Shown one piece after another: positions 12,896-24,579 of a DNA stretch of 64,000 nucleotides. Position 1 is the first letter of the stretch. Each line of letters opens with the position of its first letter. Under the pieces are notes generated by a model. That model was not told the DNA's origin. It did no database searches and was given only the letters and a program-made list of their open reading frames with translations. The DNA lies in NCBI GenBank assembly GCA_030390025.1, contig CM059452.1, positions 6,820,001 through 6,884,000 on the forward strand, in the 5' to 3' direction. Made by a program: the position numbers and the translations under genes. The DNA comes from Squalus acanthias (Eukaryota).

Positions 12896-13389
12896 CACAG
12901 TGAATAAGGGTCCCTCGGCCCTCATACAACAACAGGTCGGCATAGGGGAAGGAGGGTGAGATGGGATGGGTTGTCGTGCTTCACCTCAGGAAAATACCAG
13001 GGATTGACTCCCCGTGGGGTTATACAGAAAATGAATGGGAAAATACAGCCTGATCCGATCAGGTTTCTCCAGTTATGTCAGTGCTGTCAGTGTTGGGATA
13101 AGAGAAATTTCTCAACCATTTTAAGCCAGTGTGAAATTCAGACATTTCCACCACACTGTTAGCACAGATCTTCAGATCTCTGGGACGAATAACGGGTTAA
13201 ATCTCTACAAGCAGGTGTCCTGGGTGTGGTGAAGATCCGTCAGGCCCCATTTTTAAAAGCTATCTCACCGGTGCAGAGGGCTTTCCACTTGTCATGTCCC
13301 TCGTAGTCTTGGGGCTTCGACAAGTTAATCGAGCTCATTTGCTGTGGTGGGAAATAAGTGATACCGGGGATTGAATTGATTTATATTAT

Positions 13390-13655
13390 TTTTCGCTTTT
13401 CACCTTACTGAGAGAGAGAAGAAACGAGAGAGAAGGAATGAGAAAGTCACAGAGTTAAACAAAGTAAGTGACACCGAAACAAAGACAGAGAGAGAGAGAT
13501 GGAGAGAGAGAGAGAAAAGGAGAGAAAAAGACACCGAGTTAAATAGAGTGAGCGACAGCGAGACACAGATATAGAGAGAGACAGAGAGCGACAGAGAGAG
13601 GCAGAGAGCGACAGAGAGAGAGAGAGAGACAGACAGAGGGAGCGAGAGACTCACT
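13390..13655. repeat. GA-rich simple repeat
   Basis: (GA)n/GACA runs. Confidence 0.8.
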
Positions 13656-13898
13656 CACAAAGCTAGGGAAGGAAACGGTTTGTCGGGAGACATCAGTAAT
13701 TGTTCCACAACTAAGACCGATTGGTGCACTGCTGGTGTCAGTTCTGAGAGATCAGCCAATCCTGTCCCTGGGAAACGCCCCTCAGTCTCCCAATAAGTGA
13801 AGACTGTCCCTGATCTGAGTTTATTCTTTAATATCAGACTAGAAGGGCGAACATATTTAAAATGACACTATTTCCTGTCTAATTCTAAACCAGACACC

Positions 13899-14330
13899 AT
13901 GTGCTCCCCGTGTTCCATACTGATAATAATGGTCGTGCTTTCCGGTGAGTACATGCGTAAATGGTCATTGTGTGTTTCACGGATTTTCCTTACTCCCAGA
14001 CTTTTGACACATTCTGTGTTTTGTTACAGGAACGAGTGGCAAAGAATCAGTGTCCCAGGATCCGTCTGAATTAACGGTTCAGGAAGGACAGACCATAATA
14101 TTGAACTGCAGTTACTCGGCAGCTGCTCCAACTCTGTTCTGGTACATCCAGTATCCCGGGGAAGCTCCGAGATATTTACTGAGGATATATAGCTCGGGGA
14201 CGGTAGACCGGTCTCCAGATTTCCCAGGCCGGTTCTCTGCTGTTTTGCACAGAGACAGCAAAACGGTTCCTTTAAATATCACCGCGGTTCTTGTCACCGA
14301 CAGCGCCGTGTATTTCTGTGCCATGAGCCC
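13899..14330 (+). CDS. TCR alpha/delta V segment, family A, intact (leader 13899-13944, V exon 14030-14330)
   Basis: ILNCSYS..LFWYIQYPGE..DSAVYFCAMS; RSS CACACTG-24-ACAAAAACC (14331-14370). Confidence 0.92.
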
Positions 14331-14395
14331 CACACTGCTGCAGAGATATAGCGGATCCCGTACAAAAACCCACACTGAGAGTTCCAGTTAGTGAT

Positions 14396-14410
14396 CACCA
14401 GAGGGCGCTC
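14396..14410 (+). promoter_or_regulatory. CTCF-type motif about 25 bp downstream of the RSS nonamer
   Basis: CACCAGAGGGCGCTC matches the CTCF core; it recurs at the same offset after related Vs. Confidence 0.7.
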
Positions 14411-14614
14411 TCACCCCGATAAGCAGCAGCGATAATTCAGCCTCCACAGTGAGAGTCACAGGGAGATTCTTAACAGAGCGACAAGTCACAACACTCAACT
14501 AAAACAGGTCAGGTCCACTTGGGGATTTTTTAGGTGATTTCAACTCGTATTCATAATAAAAATGAACTTCACAAATCATGTCTGTGGCGTCTTAACTCCC
14601 CTTTTGTCCTTTTT

Positions 14615-15133
14615 CTATTGTGTACATTTCTGGGCACCACACGTTAGGAAGGATGCCAAGGCCCTGGAGAGGGTACAGAGGAGGTTTACCAGGATGATAC
14701 CAGGGATGAGGGACTTCAGTTATGTGGAGAGATTGGAGAAGCTGGGATTGTTCTCCTAAGAGCAGAGAAGGTTAAGGGGAGACCTAATAGAAGTATTCAA
14801 AATTATGAGGGGTTTTGACAGAGCAAATAGGGAGAAACTATTTCCTCTGGCAAGTGGGTTGATAACCAAAGGGAATAGATTTAAAATAATTGGAAAAAGA
14901 ACTAGAGGGGAAATGAGGAGACATTTCTTCACAAAGAGGGTTGTTAAGATCTGAAAGGCAATGCCTGAAAGGGTGGTGGAATCAGATTTCATGGGAACTT
15001 TCAAAAGGCAATTGGACATGTACTTGAAGAGGACTAATTTGCAGGGTTATGGAGAAAAAGCTGGGATATGGGACTAAACAGGCACGACAGGCCGAAAGCC
15101 CCCTTCTGTGCTGTAAGATTCTATGAATCTATG
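14615..15133 (+). mobile_element. CR1 LINE 3' fragment
   Basis: HFWAPHVRKD..LERVQRRFTRMIPG and a (TTCTATGAA)-type tail. Confidence 0.85.
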
Positions 15134-15683
15134 ATGCCCATTCCGTGCCTGCCTGCAATATTGTGCAGCCCTTTACTCATCTCCCCTGTCAGTTTCCCGG
15201 ACCCTTTGTTCGCGGACTGTACACAGGGTTTATTTGATCAGAGTATGTTGCTGGGTCAGAGACAGTTTATACACAATGAACAGATTTCACAAGGTAGTGA
15301 TTGTGCTCTTTAAAACAGGCCCCAAGCACAGAGTTCCCCCAATGTCCATTGTCCTTCAGAATGTCTCTTTAATGCTGGAATATGTTCCGTCACCATTAAC
15401 AATCTCTCAGCTTCCGGGTTCCAATAACCAGGCAAGAGTTTCATTCCCACCCCCGGTCTCTAAAAGCGGAACCATTCCCCCAAAAGGACACTGACGATAG
15501 CCCAGCTCAGGGTGTTTCCATTCACTGGCAGCCAGCTCACCACCTACCGGTCTCACAGCACCACTGGGGACACAAGGAAGTGAGGTGAGAGCATCCTGAG
15601 ACACGACAGCAGATTATTGAGGGCGGGGATTAGAACGGGTGTCTTCAAATATCCAACCCCCTTTTACAGAGCGGACAGCGACA

Positions 15684-16159
15684 ATGCGGCTACTCAGCAT
15701 CTGGGCTGTGTGGGGGGCATTTCTGACAGGTAATTGTGGACCAAACACATTTCATCTTTTCTATCATTTCTAAACATGGTTTGACTCTGAATTTTAAACA
15801 CCCGCCGGTCTGATCTTTTCCAGTTTGAACATGTTTTTCAGATCTGAGTCTTGGAGATTCTGTCACTCAGCCGCTGTCCTCAGGAGTTAAGACAGAAGGA
15901 GAAGCGGTGACTGTAAACTGTAGCTATGACACTAAATGGAGCACCTTTAATTATTTATATTGGTACCGGAACCACCCAGACACACAGCCCGAGTTTATAC
16001 TGTGGAAGGATCATGATGGTGTTGATGGTGTTGAGCATAAAGCAGATTTCGATAAAACCCGTTTCTCTGCAGAAATCCAGACCTCGACTAAATTCACCAG
16101 TTTAACCATCTCGGGGCTGCAGCTGACCGACACTGCAGTTTATTACTGCGCCCTGAGAC
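15684..16159 (+). CDS. TCR alpha/delta V segment, intact (leader 15684-15729, V exon 15842-16159)
   Basis: Leader MRLLSIWAVWGAFLT; DSVTQ..VNCSY..LYWYR..DTAVYYCALR; RSS CACACTG-23-ACAGAAACT (16160-16198). Confidence 0.93.
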
Positions 16160-16947
16160 CACACTGATGGAAACCAGTTAAACCCTGGTACAGAAACTCC
16201 CGCCGCTTTGTAGATCAGAGGCTCCGCCTGCTGAAGCCGGATATGAGGCTCACTTTGTGCTGTTTGCGGTTCCGGCCATCCTGAGAACTGTTCCCAAAGT
16301 CTCTCATTTGTCGGTTGTGTTCAGTCTGTGCAGTTTCCGGGTTGTTTTCCCTGTTACTCACTGGGAACTGTCTCTCCTGAATCACTGCCACCTTCATCTT
16401 CAGACTATTGGCTGTTGCTCTTTTGCCTGTTTTCTGGACAGTTTTCTCTGAGTTTGCGCACCAGCTGGGGAATGGGAATCTCGCGGGGTCACAGTTCAGC
16501 CGAGACTTCTTTGTTCTGAAGGTGTTTGACTCCTCAATGGTTTATTACATCGTCACTGAATGTGTTCCCTCCGTTCAGTTCATTTCCTGCCGACTGGAGC
16601 GCCAGGTTTGAGTGCGATTCTGACACGGAATGAGAACTGGTTTATATTTGTTTCACTAAGTTTGAAAGTTGAGGTGCCCATTACATGAAAAGGGTTTGGA
16701 AGCACCGTCTCATCGAATATCTATTATGAAATTAGCAGCACGATTATTTTTATTAATAATAAGCATGATGTTTCCTGTTCTGTACTGTCAATTGGATTGT
16801 TGCTGATTTCTCTCTTTTTATATCGACACTCTCCTGTGAGAAGTACTGAGAGTCCCCGTTTCTCACCACACTGCCCGCTCTCCACTTGTCCCTGTCATAT
16901 TCCGGCAGTGTGTTTGTACGCGGCTCCCTCTGGTTCCTGTCACTGTG

Positions 16948-17474
16948 TCTCTCAGCCCGCAGTGATACACCACGCTGTCAGACAGCAGCAGGCCGCCGAT
17001 GGTGAAATTCCTCTCACTTTCTGAAATGTCGAGAGATGCGGAAATTCGAGCCCCCGTGCCCTCTGCTTTGGAAACATCTCCGTAGGAAGGGATATAGATC
17101 AGCAATGTGGGCCCATTGTCGCGGTTCTGACGGTACAGTTGTAAGGAATGTGAAGTAGCAGTGGTCGAATAGCTGTAATTGATGGTCACCGAGTCACCTT
17201 CAAACTGCATCGCTGCAAGCGGCCCCTGTGAGACCGAGTCCGCACAACTAACACCTACATAAATATAGAAATACAGCACTTTTAACTTTTAATAGCATTT
17301 TTTTGAATAACTAATAGAATCAAGGTGACGGAATATACAGGAAATAGAGAGAAAATACAGGTAAAAGGAAGATTCTCTACGGCAGCCACAAGAGAGAAGA
17401 TTGTGTAATTTGTAAACTTTACCAGTTAAGAGAGCCGCAGCTGTGACGAATGAATAAAAAGTAACTCCTAACAT
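16948..17474 (-). CDS. TCR V segment, open frame but non-canonical (Cys23->Tyr, Trp41->Leu); leader 17474-17423, V exon 17254-16948
   Basis: DSVSQGP..VTINYSY..LQLYRQ..DSVVYHCGLRD; RSS CACAGTG-23-ACAAACACA (16947-16909). Confidence 0.85.
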
Positions 17475-18156
17475 GTTTGCAGAGAGTTGATGACAGATTT
17501 GAACAGAACAGGTTAAACCTGAAATATTTTAGTCAAGACTTGGGAAGATGTTGAATGATATCCGGCGTCCCTGCCGATTGGTTCATTCCTGACAGAGTCA
17601 ACAGGTGAGATCCAAGCAGCCCACAGCTCCTTTTTACTCCAGTTCTTCCAATCAACTCACAGCTGCTTTCTTCTCCAATTCACCCACTCAGCTCATAGCT
17701 CCTTTGTTCGCCACTTCATGACGTCTGTGGTCAAACTGCTCTTGCTTGCTGAGCAAGCGACTGGGAAGAAATAGAGTGAGAGCGTAATTAAGCGATTACA
17801 CCGCATCAGAAATAATGAGTGGCTTTCATCAGCTATAATCTTGCTCTTTGAGAGTCAATAGCTGGCAATCGTGTTTTTATATATGACCAAAAACCCTAAA
17901 TCCCCTCAATGCCCTCATTCTAAGCCCAATGTTACACCATGCACAAGCAGAAGGCGCCAAACCCAAGAATGGTAATTAGAAAGTCACGTGATGCAAACGC
18001 CAAAGCCAATAGCAATCGAAGCCTGAGTGAGGTCACAATGGGGCCGCCCCCTGCAGTGTGTGGGTGGAACAATGAGCTGAACAGCCCGGGTTACCGCTCT
18101 CCTTCTCAATCTCTGCCTCATTCAATTCCAAGTCACGGTGAGAGATTCAGTCAGAC

Positions 18157-18676
18157 ATGTTTCTAATAATACTGGCGGCTGTGTTGAACAGTAAGTATTG
18201 GATTATATTAAAAACACAGGTTAGCTGGTTGATGCAAAGAGCGTGTGCAGGGATTTAGTACAATTACCGATCAGAAATATCCACATGATGGACAGCTGCG
18301 TAGATGGAGGGTTACCCACTCTCATACAGATAGACACACGTTTCGATTTAATCTTCTGCTCTTCTGTTCCCCTATGTTCACAGGCGGACTATGTGTAGAC
18401 CCAGTAACTCAGTCTCCGGTGACAATCGCCGTGTCAACAGGGGGTTCGGTGCAGTTAGATTGCGAATATAAAAGCCCGGTTATTGACTACATGCAATGGT
18501 ATCGGCAAAAACCGTCACAGCCTCCAAGCTGGATAATTAGCAAAACAGTAGCACTGAAGGGAGTCGAAATCTCAGGACAATATCTGGCGGCTGCTAACAC
18601 GTCTAGAAAGTACGGTTACCTCAATATAAGCAGCCTGAGTGTGGAGGACGGGGCGGTCTATTACTGTGCAGTGAGG
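18157..18676 (+). CDS. TCR alpha/delta V segment, intact (leader 18157-18190, V exon 18384-18676)
   Basis: DPVTQSP..QLDCEY..MQWYRQKP..DGAVYYCAVR; RSS CACAGCG-22-ACAAAAACC (18677-18714). Confidence 0.92.
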
Positions 18677-18819
18677 CACAGCGTCTGAAAAAGCAAAGGC
18701 CCCGTACAAAAACCTCAGCGAGAATTTACAGCTCCATTATGTGTTCTTCTGTGCTGTTATCTGTGGGGTTAATTTGATCCCAAACCCACGGAGATAATAG
18801 ACTATTAGGTTTCTATATC

Positions 18820-19188
18820 ATTCCTGTCTGTGCCTTTGTCCAAGTCAGCGGAGAACCGCTCTGGGAAATCTGGAGACGTGTCTCCCTGCACCGAGATGTA
18901 TCTCCTCATTAAATATCTCGGATCATCCCCGGGGATACTGGTTGTACCAGAAGAGGTAGGGAAATCTATCGGCTGTGGAGTAACTAGTGTTCAGTATTAA
19001 GATCTGTCCTTCCTGAACCGTTAAATCAGGTGGATCATGTGTTAATGAGGCTTCGCCATTGTAACAAAATACAGAATCTGTCAAAAGTCTGGGAGTAAAT
19101 ATAACCCATGAAATACATACGTTCCTTTAAACATAGACTCACCGGGCAGCACGACCACTAATATTAGTGAGGAACATGGGGAACACAT
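18820..19188 (-). pseudogene. Family-A V pseudogene (leader and V up to FR3, acceptor lost, no RSS)
   Basis: The reverse complement aligns to 13899-14260 (leader MCSPCSSLILVVVLP, TTAACGGTTCAGGAAGGACAG, TTCTGGTAC), with a stop, indels and 3' truncation. Confidence 0.8.
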
Positions 19189-19568
19189 GGTGTCTGGTTT
19201 AGATGGGAGGCTCCGGCACCAGAACAACATTAACTATTGCCCTTCACTGCTCCTCCTCACAGACTGTCGCTGCTAAAGGGCGAAAAATTTCACTCCGTTC
19301 TATGATCCCCGCTCTGACGTCATGAATTGGCGAACAAAGGAGCTGTGAGCTGATTGGTTGAATTGGAAAACAAAGGAGCTACAAACTGATTGGATGAATT
19401 GGAGAACAAAGGACCGAGAGCTGATTGAATGTGATCTGCTGACCCTGTCGGGAACGGACCAAACGGCAGAGAGACCGGATATTACTCAACTTCTTCCCAA
19501 TTCTTGACTACAAGACAATTTCAGCTTCAAACCGTTCTGTTAAAATCCACCATCAACTCTCTGCAGAC

Positions 19569-19620
19569 ATGTTGGCTGTTACTTTTTATTTACTCGTCAC
19601 AGCTGCAGCTTTCTTAATTG
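19569..19620 (+). other. Orphan V leader exon with its promoter (same family as the 17474 and 51621 leaders)
   Basis: MLAVTFYLLVTAAAFLI-G|GTAAGT; upstream TGACGTCA and ATTGG boxes; its cognate V exon is absent. Confidence 0.75.
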
Positions 19621-20176
19621 GTAAGTTCACAAGTTACACAGCATTGTGTTTCTCATCTGTATCATACATTATATTTAATCGGTCAGTTCCCATAACTCTT
19701 GAATATCAATAGGTTGATCCGAAGTGAAGAAAACTATCTGGATCCCATTTGACTCAACACTGAACACTGTTTGGGGAAACTCGACAATCTCCCTCAGTGA
19801 ATGAAAGCGGATGAGTTGAGGTGAGATTAAAGGCGAATGGCAGACAGACCCAACCGTCCCGCCGGAGCCAATGACGGACATTGACAGACACATGAGTCTT
19901 AATCCCACAGACAGTTTGGAGTTTTCCCTTCACATCACAAGAGGTGAAGGTGAGGAACTGATCCCGTTGGAAGGTGCTGAAGGTTCATTAAAGGAACTTT
20001 TATTCAGTCCATCCAAGCACGTTCCCGTTGCAGCCCCTGAGCTGTGGGGATATATATTTATGTTTAACTGCCCTGATTTGCTTTTCAGGTAAGTGTTGGG
20101 GGTGACAGGTTGATTCTGGGGGGTAAACACAGTGAAGTGACATTGTTTAATTTAGTATCGCTCTGGGCTCTTGCAG

Positions 20177-20483
20177 GATATTGTCGAGGAGATTCCGTTT
20201 CACAGACACCGGCTGCAACCACAGTCAGCGAAGGAGACGATGTTCAGTTGCACTGTAATTATAAAGCTACAAGCACCAGCACTCCTGAACTATTCTGGTA
20301 CCGTCAGTATCCCAGCGGATCCATAGAGTATCTGCTACAGAGAAACAGATTTGGCGAGAATGGAGGGAGATTTCCAGGGGACCGTTTATCAGCGAAGGTC
20401 GATGATGGGAGCCGAACCGTCCCGCTGAATGTGTCTGAAACACAACTGACAGACTCCGCGGTGTATTACTGCGCACTGAGCCC
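20177..20483 (+). CDS. TCR alpha/delta V exon, open; its own leader (~20043-20088) lacks an in-frame ATG
   Basis: DSVSQTP..QLHCNY..LFWYRQYP..DSAVYYCALS; RSS CACAGAG-23-ACACAAACT (20484-20522). Confidence 0.88.
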
Positions 20484-20719
20484 CACAGAGACACGGAGCT
20501 GGGCTGGACCTGTACACAAACTGTCAGAGCGTCGCTCAACATATCAGCGCGTCAGGGGAACATTGTGATCAGGGGCGAGTCTCAGCTGGTCCCTGTATTT
20601 ATGGTTAGAACTTGTACTGTTAATTCTAATACGTATTTCCTTTTATTAATCATTCATATATAATAAAATTTACACTGCAGTTACACGAGTAAAGTAAGAA
20701 ATAAAGAGAATTGCTAGAG

Positions 20720-21112
20720 TGCCTTTCACGACGTCCCCAATTGCTTAACAGCCAATGAAATACTTTTGAAGATCAGTCACGGCCCAGCAGCATCACACAA
20801 ACAGTGACGTCATAATGACTAGATAATATGTTTTAGTGATGTTGATCGAGAGATTAACATTGACCAGGACAGCAGGAAAACTCCGCTGCTCTTTTTAGAA
20901 ATATTGGGATCTATTACGTCCTCTTGAGAGGACAGACAGGGCCTCAGGTTAACGACTCGTCCGAAAGACGACACCTGCGACAGTGCAGCACTCCCTCAGG
21001 ACTCACATCGGGAGGGTGGGCCTAGCATTCTGTGCTCAAGTCTCTGGAGTGGGATTTGACCCCACAACCTTCTGACTCAGAGGCGAGAGTTCTACAAACG
21101 GAGCCACGGCTG
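20720..21112 (-). mobile_element. tRNA-derived SINE (SacSINE1/DeuSINE-like); partial second copy at 58750-59070
   Basis: tRNA-like head on the minus strand (GCCGTGGCTC...CTGAGTCAGAAGGTTGTGGGTCAAATCC); tail shared with the 58750 copy. Confidence 0.65.
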
Positions 21113-22048
21113 ATACCTGGTATTTGTAGATTAGACCTTAAACTTTTCATTGTTATTCATATTTAACTTTATTAATAATATATGCAGGTAGATGAGTGAA
21201 AGGCTTTCATAGAGGTAACCAGGCTGCTGACTGAGAGACAGATGGACAGCGGCCTGTTTGGGCCTCGGTCGCTTGTTCTCCCTGAGCAGGGGACCAGTTT
21301 GTATTCGGGTTCCCACAGTGCGGAGACACAGAGAAAGGAATCACTGGACACCGGGTAATGCAGGAGGAGAAACATACTGACTGTCTGGAGCCTGTGCACA
21401 AAGGTCACGAGCATCTGGCGCCAGTAGAACTGAAAGGAAATGAAAGTCAGTTGTTGTGAATGTGGGTTGTGAGTTGTTGTTTATTTTGCGGATCAGAAAG
21501 GGTTAAATCTGCGAGCGCAAGCTGTCAATTTCCAAGCTCGAATTCATCTGATTAATGTTTCTGTCATTGTAAGTGTTGATATACAAGGCTCTACATTCAC
21601 CATCAGCATCACCACAATAGAGTCTCGCAATAAATGGGCACTGGAAACTGCCCATAGATACACTGACTGTCTGTTTTCACCCAGGATCGCAAAAGTGTAA
21701 AAGTTCCCATTATATCCGCCAGAGGGCGCCGTGCTCATATGTTTCTCGCTGCTTCCTTCGCACTTAGTCCCATGTTATTCATGATATGTCGAAAACCATC
21801 AACATTTCAAACCTGTTTATATTTGTGTTGTGTTCCTGGTGTTCAGTAAAATACCTCCCCTCCCTCTTGTTCTGTCTTGTTTTCACCGTCACAATCTCTC
21901 TCCACCGCTCTTATGAATGATTTCCTTATACTGCAAATCTTAAAGCAACTGCAAAGTGACATTTTTGGTAGTTTTGTAAAGCTGCAGTTTGAAAAAAATC
22001 TCTTATATATTAAAATATGTAATGGACGACACACTCAGAGGGACAGAT

Positions 22049-22755
22049 TGTAACCCGAGTGAGGAGTTTCTCCCGTGTCACTAACCACTGTTGGACAGCC
22101 TGGAGAGATGTATGTTGGACATCTTGGGGAGTTACGGGTTAACAGTCGAACTTCTTTGTATCTTGGATTAACAAGCTTCCAGGCTTTCCAAGATATGAAC
22201 AGGATACTTTGAAGTGTCGTAAAAAGAATGCAGTGCTTTGTTTCTGAGATGTAAAGTGCTTGTGTAAGGGAATAAGTGATAGTAATGACGTCACCCATGA
22301 GTGGTTTAGTTTTAGGGTAATAAACATGGTTAGAAAGGCAACATTAGCTACAGAGAGCAGTTGGTACAGTAGTTACTTCAAAGATGCTAGTAACTGTTAC
22401 GTCAGGAAGTCTTGTTTAAGGGGACGTAGTTCTGAATTAAACAAACAACAAACTGTTTAGATGAATATTCCGTTTTCAAAGGGTCTGGGAATAGATACGT
22501 CATACAGGCTTATCTATGACATTTTCCTTTGATGTAGTCAAATATGGTGTATAAAGGATCGTGGTTTTCAACAGTATCTCAGCGTGTACTCGAAAGATAC
22601 TGAAACCGAAACAGTCACTCTCTGTATAGAGTTAAAGGCTGGTCACCTTTCTGTGTATCAATAAGGTCTGTTCCGTGTACTCCACTACGGAGTCTCGTGC
22701 TTACTCGAAACGTGTTGCTGTGAACCAGAGGAGAAAGGATGTTGACTGCGAACAA
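22049..22755 (+). mobile_element. Possible solo LTR
   Basis: Begins TGTAAC and ends AACA; TATAAA near 22550 is followed by an AATAAG polyA-like site. No TSD found. Confidence 0.35.
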
Positions 22756-23602
22756 CCACCATTTCCCTCCCCGTGTGATTAATTTCCGCGCCTCCTGTTA
22801 GTTTCAGGCAGACATTAATCTAACGGGTTCAGCAGATATTTAGGGAAGGGGCTCCTATTCCCCTCCCAGCTATTGCCAACACAGTCGGATGATGGCAGTT
22901 AGATATTATCTCGAAATGACAATATATCGGTTTGAATGTAGATGAAGATGTTCAGTTTATTTCACTCACTGTCAGTAATCAGACTGAGGTGGTTGACGAG
23001 GGTCGGGTTTGATTAACCTTCTGATGGGGACACACAAGGGGAAGATTTCCTCTGGTCTCTCTGTGGAATTCTCCTCTGAAAGTTGTTTTAACGAAATCGC
23101 AATCTCATTCTTTAGAATGCGTTCATTATTTCGTTAGAAATAGCGACCAGAGGAAATCTCAACCACAGTGTGGACACCTCGGTGTAAACACGAATGTTAC
23201 AGGAGAATGAAGTTAATGCTCTCGATGAGTCGTCACACACCAGCATAAAATAAACACTCAGTGTGACCGATTCGGCTCCGGTGAATATAATCCCACAATT
23301 AAGCAATGCTGAAGTTTTCCTCAGACCAAGGAATGCCCTCACTGAGTGACGGCTCCACAGGCCGATACTTTATGCTGTGACTGTCAGTATCTCTGATCAA
23401 ACCCGCTATCAACTGGAAATTATAGAGACAAACCTTGCGGTCACACTGCCTGCGGCAGCCCCGCCCACAGCTTCCGTTCGCTGCTCTCGCTCTGACGCGC
23501 CTTGCCAGCCCTGTGTTTTTGGAGAGATTGCTGCAGCTGTTACGGGACTGTAAACAGGAGGGAGGTTTTTGTACAGTGACTGCCGCGTTTCCTCTCAGTG
23601 TG

Positions 23603-24031
23603 CGGCTGTATCGCACAGTAATACACCGCGGTATCCGCGCTCTCCGTGCTCTCAATGACCAATTGGCCGCGTTTGTCCGCAGTGGAAAGATCCAATTCAA
23701 ATCGGTCCCTTCTCTGTTTGCCAGCTGATGCCCGCATTATTACCCACTCCAGTCCCTGACTGGGTCTCTGTTTGTACCAGTGCATGGCGTAAATGCTGGA
23801 CATGTCATAGCTGCAGTTTATCTGCACCGAATCCCCGCTCCGGACTGTTATCGCAGCGGGAGACTGCAGCACTTGGTCCGAGAGACATCGACCTGTAAAA
23901 AACATGCAGATAATAAAACACTGGAGCAACGTGAAAAAAAACACTGCGGGTTATTGAGCACAGCTCCTGTACCTACATGGTAGCAGCACCAGAATAACGA
24001 GTGATACATTCACTTGTACCGAGAAATACAT
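23603..24031 (-). CDS. TCR alpha/delta V segment, intact (leader 24031-23977, V exon 23892-23603)
   Basis: Leader MYFSVQVNVSLVILVLLP; DQVLQSP..QINCSY..MHWYKQRP..DTAVYYCAIQ; RSS CACACTG-23-ACAAAAACC (23602-23564). Confidence 0.92.
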
Positions 24032-24533
24032 CCTTGTAATTAAAATGTCAAGAGGAAAGCGGCAGACAGCTCGCATCAGAAGACTCCGAACCGAGTGACG
24101 ACATTGAACAGGCGGCTGATTAAAGTCAGCGCCGCCCAGTTAAAGTCTCAGTCACGTGGGTTTGCTGCTCTTGGATTGGCTGGAAATAGACATTGTTCAC
24201 CCGCGGTTCACATCCGGACATGTCAGTGGTCCAATGACCAGCAAGTTCCTCTCCTCCTTGTGGAGGGAAGTGAGGTGAACCCCATCCCTTTGTGATAGTG
24301 ACTCACTAAAGGGACATTCCTGGCGCTGGGAGTTTGGAACCAAGTCAAACTCTATATAACCCTTTCCTTACAGAATGGATGGAGCCCCTGGATCTGTTCC
24401 CCACAAAGGAGTCAACACATCCAGGACAGTCTGATAAACCCTTTCCTTACAGAATGTATGGGAGCTCTGGAACTGTGCCCCACAGCAGCAACAGCTGATA
24501 TCCAGCCTTTCTCTTACAGAGCGGACAGCAGCA

Positions 24534-24579
24534 ATGCAGCTACTCAGCATCTGGATTGTGTGTGAGGCATTTCTAACAG
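24534..24579 (+). pseudogene. Relic leader of the 15684 V family, no splice donor, no V
   Basis: TTACAGAGCGGACAGCAGCAATGCAGCTACTCAGCATCTGG matches 15664-15729. Confidence 0.6.

Noticed and set aside
21200-21400. CACAGTG at ~21314 and a possible decayed V
   Set aside because: No nonamer, and no recognisable Cys/Trp/YYC framework.
23603-23892. IgH-type V (GLEWV motif)
   Set aside because: FR1/FR3 length, the INCSY and YYCAIQ patterns, the short CDR2 and the absence of an octamer fit a TCR V better; a phylogeny would settle it.
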